DNA of 64,000 nt, taken from positions 857,778-921,777 of the forward strand of contig JACKGH010000001.1 of the NCBI GenBank assembly GCA_020632075.1, given 5' to 3'. Positions 35,926 through 45,690 of this stretch are shown here, one piece after another (the first letter of the stretch is position 1; every line of letters starts with the position of its first letter). The position numbers and the translations under genes are program-made. The notes beneath the pieces were generated by a model. It did not search any database. It saw only the letters and a program-made list of their open reading frames with translations, and was not told the origin of the DNA. This stretch comes from Candidatus Nomurabacteria bacterium (GTDB lineage: Bacteria > Patescibacteriota > Minisyncoccia > Phycocordibacterales > UBA918).

Positions 35926-37629
35926 ATGATTAATTACATGTCTTCTTACGTTTTCCCTGATAATTCTAAAGAAATTCCAACCATTGCCGATGGAGTGTCG
36001 TCGTTGGTGAACCAGCTTTTGGCGGCGCGAGGAATTCTCGATACTGAAGAGGCTGCGGAATTCCTCGCGCCAGACTACAATTCTCAGCTCCACGATCCGG
36101 CACTCCTCCACGGTATCGATAAAGCAGTGGCGCGCATTAAGACTGCGATGGAAAAGAATGAGCGCATTGCGATCTTCAGTGACTACGACTGCGATGGTAT
36201 CCCGGGTGCGGTGGTGCTGCACGACCTTTTTAAGGCGCTCAAGTACGAAAACTTCACCAACTACATCCCGCACCGACATTACGAAGGATTTGGTCTCAGC
36301 ACTGAAGCGATCGACAAGCTCGTTGCAGACGGCGTGTCGCTCGCGATCACGATCGATTGTGGTACTTCTAATATCGAAGAAGTCGCCCATGCGAACAAAG
36401 TTGGTCTCGACATTATCATTACCGATCATCACGAACCAGAAGAGACACTGCCAGAAGCAGTGGCGGTGGTGAACCCAAAGCTTGGTGAGTATCCCTTTCC
36501 AGATCTCTGCGGCGCGGCGGTAGCTTTTAAGTTGGCGCAGGCAGTGCTGGCGGAAGTAGAACACGACCTTACCCCAGGCTGGGAGAAATGGTGGCTCGAT
36601 ATGGTGGGGGTGGCGACGATCGCCGACATGGTGCCACTGCGTGGTGAGAATCGTGTACTGGCACACTATGGCCTGCAGGTACTCAGGAAGTCGCGTCGCC
36701 CAGGCCTCCAACAACTACTCAAAAAGAATCGACTCAATCAGCTGTATCTTACGGAAGAAGATGTTGGTTTCACGATCGGTCCACGAATCAATGCTGCCTC
36801 GCGTATGGATACGCCCGAAGACGCGTTTCATATGTTGTCTGAAACAGATATTGTAAAAGCTGGTGAGCGAGTGGAGCACCTGGAGAAACTCAATACCGAA
36901 CGAAAATCACAAGTCGCGCTTATGACCAAAGATCTCCATAAGCGGCTGAAAAACATGGAAGAAATTCCAGGTGTACTTGTGATGGGGCACAACGATTGGC
37001 GACCATCGCTCGTGGGGCTCGCTGCCAACAAGCTGGCTGAAGAGTATGGCCGGCCGGCGTTTCTTTGGGGAGTCGATGGCAACGGTGTATACAAAGGTTC
37101 ATGTCGTTCGGGCGGCACAGTGAGTGTGGTGAAGCTCATGCAGGCAGCGCCAGAGGTGTTTATCGAAGCGGGTGGTCACCATGCGTCGGGTGGATTCTCG
37201 GTGAAGGAAGAACATATCTTTACCTTTGGCGAGCGGCTGAACCAAGCGATGGCGGAGCTCGGCGCTGCAGCCTCGGTAGATGAACCAACCATCGTCGACG
37301 CCGAGCTCCGCCTCGACGACGTCAACCAGCTCTTGATGAACGACCTCGCTAAGCTTGCCCCTTTCGGCTGCGGTAATCACAAGCCTCTTTTTGCGTTTCG
37401 CGCTGTCACGCCAAGCACTGTCGAACTGTTTGGAAAGACCAAGGAACATACGAAGCTCACCTTCTCGACTGAAAGCGGTCGTCTCGAAGCAATCACCTTT
37501 TTCAAAACCCCGGAGCAATTTACCGCAGAACCAAAGCCCGATGTGCCCTGTACAGTCATTGCGCACGCTGAACAGTCATTTTTTATGGGCCGCCGACAGA
37601 TCCGGCTACGCGTTATCGACGTACTCTAG
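35926..37629 (+). CDS. recJ: Single-stranded-DNA-specific exonuclease RecJ
   Basis: DHH motifs (DYDCDGI, ITDHHEP), DHHA1 domain and C-terminal OB-like domain. Start uncertain (MINYMSSYVF at 35926, or 35821 per the ORF track). Confidence 0.8.
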   Translation: MINYMSSYVFPDNSKEIPTIADGVSSLVNQLLAARGILDTEEAAEFLAPDYNSQLHDPALLHGIDKAVARIKTAMEKNERIAIFSDYDCDGIPGAVVLHDLFKALKYENFTNYIPHRHYEGFGLSTEAIDKLVADGVSLAITIDCGTSNIEEVAHANKVGLDIIITDHHEPEETLPEAVAVVNPKLGEYPFPDLCGAAVAFKLAQAVLAEVEHDLTPGWEKWWLDMVGVATIADMVPLRGENRVLAHYGLQVLRKSRRPGLQQLLKKNRLNQLYLTEEDVGFTIGPRINAASRMDTPEDAFHMLSETDIVKAGERVEHLEKLNTERKSQVALMTKDLHKRLKNMEEIPGVLVMGHNDWRPSLVGLAANKLAEEYGRPAFLWGVDGNGVYKGSCRSGGTVSVVKLMQAAPEVFIEAGGHHASGGFSVKEEHIFTFGERLNQAMAELGAAASVDEPTIVDAELRLDDVNQLLMNDLAKLAPFGCGNHKPLFAFRAVTPSTVELFGKTKEHTKLTFSTESGRLEAITFFKTPEQFTAEPKPDVPCTVIAHAEQSFFMGRRQIRLRVIDVL

Positions 37630-38063
37630 CGACCTTCACGGTGCTGCTTTTTGATCTGTAGATAGAGTGTCCCGCCAGCATCGTCTGGGTTGTTTTGTTT
37701 GCGGCTAGCCTTCATGGCTTCCGCCGGATATTTTTCTCGTACCGCAGCGAGCTTATCGAGAATGATTCTTTCTGTATCAAGATCGAGTAGAACTGCCATA
37801 TCAAGGGCATAAATAAGCACGTCTGCGAGTTCCTTTTTTAGTTCCTCAAGTAGTGCTTCGTCACTTTTCACCTGCGCGATAGTCTTGTCGCTCCACTGAA
37901 AGAGTTCAAGCAGCTCGGCTGCTTCAATACTGATCGACTTGGCGATATCTGATGGGCGCAAGTCATTCCAGCTACGCTCTTCAAGGTATTGTTTGATCGC
38001 TGTTTCTACCTGTTTCATAAAACCATTGTAACGTAGTGTCGCATCAGGACGAACTATTGACAT
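37626..38063 (-). CDS. MazG-like nucleoside triphosphate pyrophosphohydrolase
   Basis: EAAELLELFQW...ELADVLIYALDMA matches the MazG/YpjD-type helical motif. Confidence 0.6.
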   Translation of the reverse strand: MSIVRPDATLRYNGFMKQVETAIKQYLEERSWNDLRPSDIAKSISIEAAELLELFQWSDKTIAQVKSDEALLEELKKELADVLIYALDMAVLLDLDTERIILDKLAAVREKYPAEAMKASRKQNNPDDAGGTLYLQIKKQHREGR

Positions 38064-38123
38064 AAGTAATATTTAATTTATTATCACAACCAGTAAAATG
38101 ATCGTCACAATTGGAGGACGTCA

Positions 38124-38903
38124 ATGCAGATCGAAAAAACGATCCAAGATTCTATGACTTGGTTGAATGAGAACGAATGGTTCTGGATACTGGTCTTTGG
38201 AGCGGTATCCGGGTTGGTCATTGTCGTGATGATATACAACTTCATCCACGGCATGTTGCAACGCAAAGCTGCCGGTGAGCAAGTGCTGTCGCTGCCGGCC
38301 AAAAGCGCTCTGTCAGTTATCATGCTGGGATTGGCCGGTGCTGGTCTCTGGTGGGGTGCCACACTTTCGTATGAGCATCACCAAGTGCTCCAGAAAGTCG
38401 ATGCTGAATACGTCGCGAAAGTCGATCGTCAGCAGCGCTTTGCTCGCTTGTACGAAGCGGTCAGTAAAGCGAAGATCGATCACTTGCCTCGGTCCATGTC
38501 GGTTGCGTGGGCAGCAGACAACTGGCATAAAGCCGAAGAAGCAATGCGGCTGCCGACCTGGCTTGGGTATGAAAAAAGCGAACCCGAGCAGATTCATGCC
38601 TGCGTCACCGGCGCATTCTCGGCTGATGAGAGTCAACCACCAATGGTCGCTGTGGTCACGATCGCCGATGAAGCCGATCAGCGAGCGTTACTGGTCGAGG
38701 TCGACAAAGCCGAGGACAACCGTACACCCCTGGTGCATATGGAGTTTCTGATCTACGAAACTGTCAATCAGTACGGTAAGCCGGACTGGCAGTGGAAGCG
38801 AAAAACGGTAGCGATCGAACTCTTTGGTTCGAGCGAGACTGACGCGAAGTATGCGGCAGTGGTCGATCGCATCATTGGCATCATCCTCAACGAATGTTCC
38901 TGA
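38124..38903 (+). CDS. Membrane protein, hypothetical
   Basis: Two N-terminal TM helices and a soluble C-terminal domain. No motif recognised. Confidence 0.4.
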   Translation: MQIEKTIQDSMTWLNENEWFWILVFGAVSGLVIVVMIYNFIHGMLQRKAAGEQVLSLPAKSALSVIMLGLAGAGLWWGATLSYEHHQVLQKVDAEYVAKVDRQQRFARLYEAVSKAKIDHLPRSMSVAWAADNWHKAEEAMRLPTWLGYEKSEPEQIHACVTGAFSADESQPPMVAVVTIADEADQRALLVEVDKAEDNRTPLVHMEFLIYETVNQYGKPDWQWKRKTVAIELFGSSETDAKYAAVVDRIIGIILNECS

Positions 38904-38987
38904 TCAATGACCCACCTCGGTGGGGAGGCGCGCTGCAGTGCAGCCGCCTTTTTTGTTGCTTCGTAACTATGGTAGTCTGGTACCACT

Positions 38988-39689
38988 ATGGAGACAGTAA
39001 CAATTTTCACTGACGGCGCAGCGAAGGGCAATCCAGGAGCAGGTGGCTATGGTGCGGTCATATCGATTGGCGATACGGTGATCGAGATCGGCGACCGGAA
39101 AGAGCTAACGACCAATAATGAGATGGAGCTCCGGGCGGTAGTGAAAGCATTGCAAAGTCTCCCGGAAGAAGTTACGACTGCTGCGATCTATACCGACTCA
39201 AAGTACGTGGTTGAGGGTGCAACCGGCTGGATCTTTGGCTGGATGAAAAATGGTTGGCAGACCAAGGCAGGTACCGATGTGCTCCACAAAGAAGTGTGGC
39301 AGACCCTTGCGTCATTGCTTCGGAAAGTGCAAGTAGAATGGCACAAAGTACCAGGCCACGTGGGAATCATTGGCAATGAACGAGCCGACAAGATCGCATC
39401 TGACTTTGGTGCCAACAAAGCAGTGAGTTTGTACAATGGACCGAAGTCGGAGTATGGGCATGATATCGATGACGTCTCGTATGATGAAGTCAAAGCGGCC
39501 GAGCGCAGCGAAGCACGAAAGCGAAGTGCTCAAAAAGCCTATTCATATGTAAGCGCGGTTGATGGAGTGGTAGAGACACACAAGACGTGGAAAGAGTGTG
39601 AAGATCGCGTGAAAGGTAAGTCTGGAGTGCGGTTCAAGAAAGCGCTCTCAGCTGCCGAAGAACAGGAGATCATTGCTGATTTTTCGTAA
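38988..39689 (+). CDS. rnhA: Ribonuclease HI with a C-terminal extension of about 90 aa
   Basis: Complete DEDD catalytic set (FTDGAAKGN, TNNEMELRA, YTDSKYV, GHVGIIGNERADKIA). Unassigned extension after residue about 145. Confidence 0.8.
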   Translation: METVTIFTDGAAKGNPGAGGYGAVISIGDTVIEIGDRKELTTNNEMELRAVVKALQSLPEEVTTAAIYTDSKYVVEGATGWIFGWMKNGWQTKAGTDVLHKEVWQTLASLLRKVQVEWHKVPGHVGIIGNERADKIASDFGANKAVSLYNGPKSEYGHDIDDVSYDEVKAAERSEARKRSAQKAYSYVSAVDGVVETHKTWKECEDRVKGKSGVRFKKALSAAEEQEIIADFS

Positions 39690-39739
39690 CAAAGACCTTG
39701 TGGGCTGGCTTTTCATAGCCTGTATGGTAGGTTGGCAGT

Positions 39740-40153
39740 ATGAAACGAGTAGAGATATTCACGCGTGGGCTCTCTAAAGGTAATCCCGGTCCTGCTGCTA
39801 TTGCAGCGCATATAACTGATGAAACAGGCGCTGTTATGTACGAGCTTTCTGAAGCTATCGGTAACGCTACTGATACGTATGCCGAATACTTTGCGGTCAT
39901 CAAGGCACTGCAGGCTGCACAAGAACTCTTTCCTGATCAGAGTGATATCATCGTTGAACTGCGGCTGACTGACCAGTCAGTCAAAATGCAATTGAACAAC
40001 GAGGAGGTGATCACCAATCCTGGGCTTGTACCATTTTTTATTGAAATTCATAACTTGCGGGTGGCGCACTTTCCGCGTTTGATCATCACGCACGTACGAC
40101 GAAAACGAAACGTTGCCGTTGATCATCTAGTAAATACACTACTTGACGTCTGA
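39740..40153 (+). CDS. RNase H-like paralog, predicted catalytically inactive (first Asp replaced by Arg)
   Basis: VEIFTRGLSKGNPGPAA aligns with the FTDG motif but carries R. The downstream E/D/D-like positions are retained (AEYFAV, LTDQSV, AVDHLV). Confidence 0.5.
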   Translation: MKRVEIFTRGLSKGNPGPAAIAAHITDETGAVMYELSEAIGNATDTYAEYFAVIKALQAAQELFPDQSDIIVELRLTDQSVKMQLNNEEVITNPGLVPFFIEIHNLRVAHFPRLIITHVRRKRNVAVDHLVNTLLDV

Positions 40154-40246
40154 TCATAAGCACGGTACCGTCTTTATTTAGGGGCGCATGAAGTACTGCG
40201 TCAGTTCTTATTCCACCCACCAACAGCGAGTATAGGAGACGGCCGC

Positions 40247-40600
40247 ATGGCAAAAGAAGACAACTCCCTAGAAGGACTGCAGTCCCGCCTGGAACGGTAT
40301 CAGAACAAGCACCGCGAATGGCGCGATGAGCTCAAACGCCGTGAAGCAGACGGCTGCACTGATCAGGAGATCAAGGAAGCGAAGTCGCGCAAGTGCTTCT
40401 TCAAGACACTGGCCGCGATGGCACAGCGGCACATCAACCAGCTTTTGGTAGACGGATCTGCCTCGTCGAAAGCGGTTGAGTCTGAGGTGTCCGATGGTGG
40501 CCAGGCGACTGTCGTGCAGATGCGGGCCGATGCGCCGCCAGCGGTGCCGGGGAATCCCAAGCGACCGCCCGAGTTCGTTCGGTACAGTACCGGCGCGTAG
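40247..40600 (+). CDS. Hypothetical protein (117 aa)
   Basis: ORF with RBS (AGGAGACGG). Charged N-terminus and Pro-rich C-terminus. Confidence 0.35.
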   Translation: MAKEDNSLEGLQSRLERYQNKHREWRDELKRREADGCTDQEIKEAKSRKCFFKTLAAMAQRHINQLLVDGSASSKAVESEVSDGGQATVVQMRADAPPAVPGNPKRPPEFVRYSTGA

Positions 40601-40732
40601 TAACGCGGCCGGCCAAACATACAGCCATCTAGTGTGTTACTAGGTGGTTGTTTTCTATCTTGACGAACGGTGTGAATTAGATAAAGTGTAGGCACAAATT
40701 TTGTTCTTTCTAGTACTGGAGATCAACCGCAC

Positions 40733-40927
40733 ATGAGTGCATCAACCGCAAACCCTGCGCAGTCTATCGTGTTTCTGCAAACCAAACTGGAAGTGCTGAA
40801 CGTGCAAGTACAAGATCAGACCATGGCACGTCATTTGACTGCCGAACAAAAGCGCGCGATTAACCATCAGCGTCGGACGCTGTGGTTGCAGATCGCTGAA
40901 CTGCAGAAACAAGTGAGTATTGCGTAA
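40733..40927 (+). CDS. Small coiled-coil hypothetical protein (64 aa)
   Basis: RBS ACTGGAGA. Followed by terminator GGGGCGAAGTCGTGTACGACTTCGCCCC at 40936-40965. Confidence 0.4.
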   Translation: MSASTANPAQSIVFLQTKLEVLNVQVQDQTMARHLTAEQKRAINHQRRTLWLQIAELQKQVSIA

Positions 40928-40992
40928 GGTCAGGGGCGAAGTCGTGTACGACTTCGCCCCACATCCACTGCCTTAATGGGCAGTTTTTTATT

Positions 40993-42588
40993 TTGTCACT
41001 GGTAGAATACGGCATGCATGCTGGTTTGGTGTACGGAGGTCTGTTGGCGGTAGTGGTCGGTATTGGGCTTGAGACAGTTTTCAAGTGGTCGATTGAAGTT
41101 GCCGCGTGGTTGCTGGTGTTGGCGGTTGGGGTGGGGTTGGTAGGGCGGCGAAAAAGCAAAGCTTTTTCGCCGCTACTCCTTTTCATCACCCTTGCCCTCA
41201 CCGCCATGGCGCTTGGCATGGTGCGAACACAGCATGTTGCTGCTCAGTTTGCTGAGTCACCACTTCAAGCGGCGGTTGGAGAAGAGGTATCGCTCACTGG
41301 TGTGGTGGTGACCGAACCAGACTATCGTGAACGAACGGTTCACCTGTATGTGCAAACAGACACAGATAAGATCCTCGTCACTACCGATCGACTTGCCCAA
41401 GTCTCATACGGTGATCAGGTATCGATCGAAGGGAAGTTATCGACTCCGGAGTCATTTACCACCGAGCTCGGTCGGACCTTCAACTACCCAGGATATCTTT
41501 TGGCGCGTGGCGTACAGTACACGATCTCTTTTGCCACTATCGAAGTGCTTTCTACTCGGCAGGGCAATCCAGTCATTGCAGCACTCCTGTCTGCCAAAGC
41601 ACGCTTCATTGCTGCATTGCAGCAAGTCATCCCAGAGCCAGCCTCTGGACTTGGTACCGGTCTTTTGCTTGGAGTGAAGTCTGCCCTTGGTGACGATATT
41701 GAAGAAGATTTTCGCCGCACCGGCATCATTCATATTGTGGTGCTCTCTGGATACAACGTCATGCTGGTGGTGGCATTTATATTGTTCTGCTTATCGTTCC
41801 TGCTGCCGCTGCGTTGGCGTTTGGTGGCAGGGGTTGTTGCGGTGGCAGTCTTTGCCCTCGTGGTAGGACTCTCGGCGACAGTGGTGCGCGCGAGTGTCAT
41901 GGCTGGTTTGGTACTTTTGGCACAGTTTCTCGGTCGGCGGTATCACGTACTTCGCGCACTGTTATTTGCTGGGGTGGTGATGCTCCTTCTAAATCCCTAC
42001 TTACTCTTGTACGACATCGGCTTTCAACTTTCCTTTATGGCGACGCTTGGGTTGGTGCTGCTTTTACCGCACTTTGAATCAACAGTGATTGAAAAAGGAA
42101 AAAGTATCGGCGTGCGAGAATTTTTCCTCTCGACACTCGCAACGCAGATCGCAGTTTTGCCGCTTCTCATGTATCACATTGGTGAGGTGTCGCTCATTGC
42201 ACTCGTGGTCAATGTGCTGGTGTTGCCAATGGTTCCGTTTGCGATGTTGCTCACTTTCGCGACAGGTGTGGTGGCGCTCGTTTCGGTCACTCTGGCAAGT
42301 GCCTTCGGGTATATTGCGTACCTTAGCTTGGCGTACATCTTGCTGGTCGCAGAGTGGTTTGCAAACATTCCGTTTGCGACGATCGTAGTGCCGGGTTTCG
42401 CGTGGTGGGGAGTATTGCTGATGTATGGTGTTATGTTTTTTATCTTAGTGTGGTACCAGAAACGAAAGGGGAGATCTGAAGGTCTACCGGACTGGGTGAT
42501 CGAAGATGAGGAGGTGGTTGCTGGCGCGGAGCCGGAACTTCGTTCCGGCTCCGCGCCAGCTCACGACCTACCCATTTTCTTTCGCTAA
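40993..42588 (+). CDS. comEC: ComEC/Rec2 DNA-uptake channel, N-terminal part (DUF4131 plus polytopic competence domain); lacks the beta-lactamase domain
   Basis: N-terminal TM, OB-like segment (VSLTGVVVTEPDYRERTVHLYV), then about 9 TM helices typical of the ComEC_Rec2 core. 531 aa. Confidence 0.7.
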   Translation: MSLVEYGMHAGLVYGGLLAVVVGIGLETVFKWSIEVAAWLLVLAVGVGLVGRRKSKAFSPLLLFITLALTAMALGMVRTQHVAAQFAESPLQAAVGEEVSLTGVVVTEPDYRERTVHLYVQTDTDKILVTTDRLAQVSYGDQVSIEGKLSTPESFTTELGRTFNYPGYLLARGVQYTISFATIEVLSTRQGNPVIAALLSAKARFIAALQQVIPEPASGLGTGLLLGVKSALGDDIEEDFRRTGIIHIVVLSGYNVMLVVAFILFCLSFLLPLRWRLVAGVVAVAVFALVVGLSATVVRASVMAGLVLLAQFLGRRYHVLRALLFAGVVMLLLNPYLLLYDIGFQLSFMATLGLVLLLPHFESTVIEKGKSIGVREFFLSTLATQIAVLPLLMYHIGEVSLIALVVNVLVLPMVPFAMLLTFATGVVALVSVTLASAFGYIAYLSLAYILLVAEWFANIPFATIVVPGFAWWGVLLMYGVMFFILVWYQKRKGRSEGLPDWVIEDEEVVAGAEPELRSGSAPAHDLPIFFR

Positions 42589-42590
42589 CA

Positions 42591-42618
42591 CTCCGGCGCC
42601 CCTTCGGGGCGCCGGCCA
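42591..42618 (+). terminator. Hairpin terminator
   Basis: GGCGCCCCTTCGGGGCGCC. Confidence 0.55.
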
Positions 42619-42640
42619 CATTTGCTACAATACAATCACC

Positions 42641-44968
42641 ATGTCTGAACCTGAGTCAGTCGATCTACCATACTTCCGCTATGTGCTCATACTCTTTGCC
42701 CTAGCTGGTCTTGCCTGGCTCCTCTTTGGTCCGCTCCAGAGTTTTGTGTCCGCGAATCTGCAGATCGCTGAGACGGTTTCAAGTAGTGTCTCATCTCTTG
42801 AGGATGGACTTGTTGCGCACTGGACCTTCGACGGTGATGATATCAACTGGGCTGACACTTCAACCGAGGTCAAAGATGTGAGTGGATACAGCAATGACGG
42901 TAACGCTCGTGGTGATATCGCTCAAAATTCAACAACACTTGGTGTTCTCGGCCAAGCCATGAACTTCAATGGCACAACTGATTATGTGCAGATAGCAGAC
43001 GATACTGAACTCGGTATTACCGACGCAATGGCGATCTCCGCGTGGGTGAAGCTCGATGACAACACACCAAACACCAAACAGTTCATTGTTTCCAAACGAT
43101 CAGGTACCACCGCGACTGCCAATTACCGTTTATTGGTTGATGATGGCTCCACGTACGACAAAGGTGAGCTGTACTTCTCATACTACGCCGCATCAAATTG
43201 GCGGCATATTCGGAGTAATTATCTCATTCCCGATACCGAATGGCACAATCTCACTGCCGTCTTTGACTACGCAAATTCAGAGGTTGTCTTCTACGATAAC
43301 GGAGTGGAAGTCGCCTCACCCTCCATTACACAAAATATTGTTGACTACAGTGGTACTGATGTACATATCGGCACCGACAGTTCCAAGACCGATTTCCTCG
43401 CCGGTGATCTTGATGACGTCCGTATCTATAATCGCACTCTCACAGCCGACGAGGTTAAACGTCTCTACAAAATGGGCGAAGGTGTAAAAGTCGCCACCAC
43501 CCCCTCAGAAGGCACCCTCACCACCGGCCTCGTCGGCCACTGGACGTTTGATGGGAATGATATTGACTGGGGAGATACGAGTACGGAGATAAAAGATAGT
43601 AGTGGTAATGGGAATGACGGTAATGCGCAAGGCAGTGTGGGTGTAGACTCCCCGGTAATTGGTCCTGTTGGACAAGCATTGAATATGGATAAATTAGCCA
43701 GCGACTACATTGATTTAGTTGATAACCCACTTGATTTTGATGATAGTGATGATCTTACAATATCTGCCTGGGTGCGGTCGACAAATGTTACATCTGACCA
43801 GAATATCATCAGTGATCTGATTTCATTTGCGGGGAGTAGTCCTGGATACGATATGTATTTTGAGAGGAGTGGTAGTACGTATCGGCCCCGGTGTGCTTAC
43901 CAGGATGGTACTGCTGGCGGCAGTGATGAGTATGTTGTCAATGGAACTTATACCACAGCTGTCGATACCTGGCGGCATATTGTATGTGTCTGGGATCAAG
44001 ATGATGCCGATAACACCCTTTTATACATAAATGGAGAAGTTGATGTTGCTTCCCGTTCGGGCACGATCACAGCCGTTGGTTCTCTGAGTAACTCGTACGC
44101 AACACGCATCGGATCAAGGAGCGGACCTACCCCGGGAGTTTATTTAGACGGTGACATTGACGATGTCCGCATCTACAACCGCGCTCTCACCGCCGACGAG
44201 GTTCAGCAGCTGTATAGCATGGGTGAGGGGACAAAAATTAGTACCACAGTGAAATCAGCTAATTCACCTCTCGAAACCGGCCTCGTCGGCCACTGGACGT
44301 TTGATGGCCCGGATGTTCGTTGGCAGGATACGAGCAGTGAGATCAAGGATGCGACTGCGAATGCTAATGACGGTAATGCTACTACTACCATGAGTCCGGG
44401 TGCGTCTCCAGTTCGAGGCCTGTTTGGACAGGCACTGACCTTTGATGGGGCATATGACTATATTGAATTCGCTGATGATGACATCTTTTCTTTCACCGAT
44501 GGTGCAGGCACAGATAAACCATTTAGTATCAGTGCGTGGATCAAGCCTGATGGAGGTGCGAATCAGTCCATTATCACAAAATTTTCACCGAGTTCAGAAT
44601 GGGCATTTGCGATCAGTAGTTCAAGGCTCTCAATGTTTTTGTGTCATGCTCCGAGCTGTCTAACACGCATTGGACGCCAAGATTTCAGTGGCATGTCACC
44701 GTATACTGGTGAGTGGACACATGTTATGGCAACTTATAGCGGCTCGGAGACCTCGGCCGGTGTAAAATTATACATCAATGGACAGCGAGTCGATGATACT
44801 GATCTGACTTCAGGGTCTTACACCGGGATGAGCAATACTGCCAGTGTCGTCACGCTCGCTGGACCGCCCTCAGCGGGATTGTTTAGTGGAGAGATCGATG
44901 ATGTGAGGGTCTACGATCGAGAGCTTTCAGCTACAGAGGTAGGGATGTTGTACCAGGTGGCGCAGTAA
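42641..44968 (+). CDS. Surface protein with four tandem LamG/concanavalin A-like lectin domains
   Basis: N-terminal TM anchor. About 240-aa modules repeated (GLVAHWTFDGDDINWADTSTEVKD... DDVRIYNRTLTADEV...), with DNA-level 32-nt identical segments at 43525 and 44277. Confidence 0.7.
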   Translation: MSEPESVDLPYFRYVLILFALAGLAWLLFGPLQSFVSANLQIAETVSSSVSSLEDGLVAHWTFDGDDINWADTSTEVKDVSGYSNDGNARGDIAQNSTTLGVLGQAMNFNGTTDYVQIADDTELGITDAMAISAWVKLDDNTPNTKQFIVSKRSGTTATANYRLLVDDGSTYDKGELYFSYYAASNWRHIRSNYLIPDTEWHNLTAVFDYANSEVVFYDNGVEVASPSITQNIVDYSGTDVHIGTDSSKTDFLAGDLDDVRIYNRTLTADEVKRLYKMGEGVKVATTPSEGTLTTGLVGHWTFDGNDIDWGDTSTEIKDSSGNGNDGNAQGSVGVDSPVIGPVGQALNMDKLASDYIDLVDNPLDFDDSDDLTISAWVRSTNVTSDQNIISDLISFAGSSPGYDMYFERSGSTYRPRCAYQDGTAGGSDEYVVNGTYTTAVDTWRHIVCVWDQDDADNTLLYINGEVDVASRSGTITAVGSLSNSYATRIGSRSGPTPGVYLDGDIDDVRIYNRALTADEVQQLYSMGEGTKISTTVKSANSPLETGLVGHWTFDGPDVRWQDTSSEIKDATANANDGNATTTMSPGASPVRGLFGQALTFDGAYDYIEFADDDIFSFTDGAGTDKPFSISAWIKPDGGANQSIITKFSPSSEWAFAISSSRLSMFLCHAPSCLTRIGRQDFSGMSPYTGEWTHVMATYSGSETSAGVKLYINGQRVDDTDLTSGSYTGMSNTASVVTLAGPPSAGLFSGEIDDVRVYDRELSATEVGMLYQVAQ

Positions 44969-45025
44969 AGACTGTGGCCAGACCACAAAACCAATATTCT
45001 CATAATTGGTTAGATTGTAACTAAA

Positions 45026-45064
45026 GAAAACCGGGCGGCTCCCTTTGGGAGCCGCCCGGTTTTC
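45026..45064. terminator. Bidirectional hairpin terminator
   Basis: GAAAACCGGGCGGCTCCCTTTGGGAGCCGCCCGGTTTTC between convergent genes. Confidence 0.65.
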
Positions 45065-45072
45065 TTTTAGTT

Positions 45073-45651
45073 TTACACCAACCGTCCTGACACTACTTCC
45101 CAGTTGAGATTCTTGAAGAAGGCGTCGATGTATTTGCCTTTATCGGCGGAGACGTAGTCACGCATGTATGAGTGTTCCCACATGTCGAGTGCAAGGACGA
45201 TATCGAGATCGGCGAGTTGTCCCATGTGCTGTTCGTCGACCCAAGTCTGAACGAGCTGATCAGTGTGCGGGTCATGGTAGAGCATTGCCCAGCCAACTCC
45301 GCGTGTCTTGGCGATCTCCTTGAAGCGGGTGAGCCACATATCGACAGAACCCCACTGTTCCATGAGCTTGCTCTTGAGAGTGCTGTCTGGCAATTCCTTT
45401 GCACCACCTTCAAGTTGTGCAAAATAGTATTCGTGGTTGCGCATGCCACCGAATTCAAAACCGAGGCGACGCTGCATTTCAGAGATCGCAAACGCGTTGT
45501 TCTCAGGGTCGTTGCTGTACGCTTCGATCTTATCGCGGATAAGATTCACGTGTTTTACATAGCCGTGATACAGGCCAATGTGGTTTTCGATGGTGTCGTT
45601 TGAAATACCTTCGAGTTCAGGGATATCAAAGCTTAGTGGTTCGTATTTCAT
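45073..45651 (-). CDS. sodA: Fe/Mn superoxide dismutase
   Basis: Metal-ligand context (HH...H, DMWEHSYMRDY). 192 aa. Confidence 0.85.
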   Translation of the reverse strand: MKYEPLSFDIPELEGISNDTIENHIGLYHGYVKHVNLIRDKIEAYSNDPENNAFAISEMQRRLGFEFGGMRNHEYYFAQLEGGAKELPDSTLKSKLMEQWGSVDMWLTRFKEIAKTRGVGWAMLYHDPHTDQLVQTWVDEQHMGQLADLDIVLALDMWEHSYMRDYVSADKGKYIDAFFKNLNWEVVSGRLV

Positions 45652-45690
45652 AACAAGTGGAGATTAACGGCTAATACTCTTTCATACGCA

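Noticed and set aside
42641-44968. Diversity-generating retroelement targeting the LamG protein
   Set aside because: There is no reverse transcriptase and no template repeat. The internal near-identical segments are in-frame domain duplications with synonymous divergence, not adenine-specific VR/TR mismatches.
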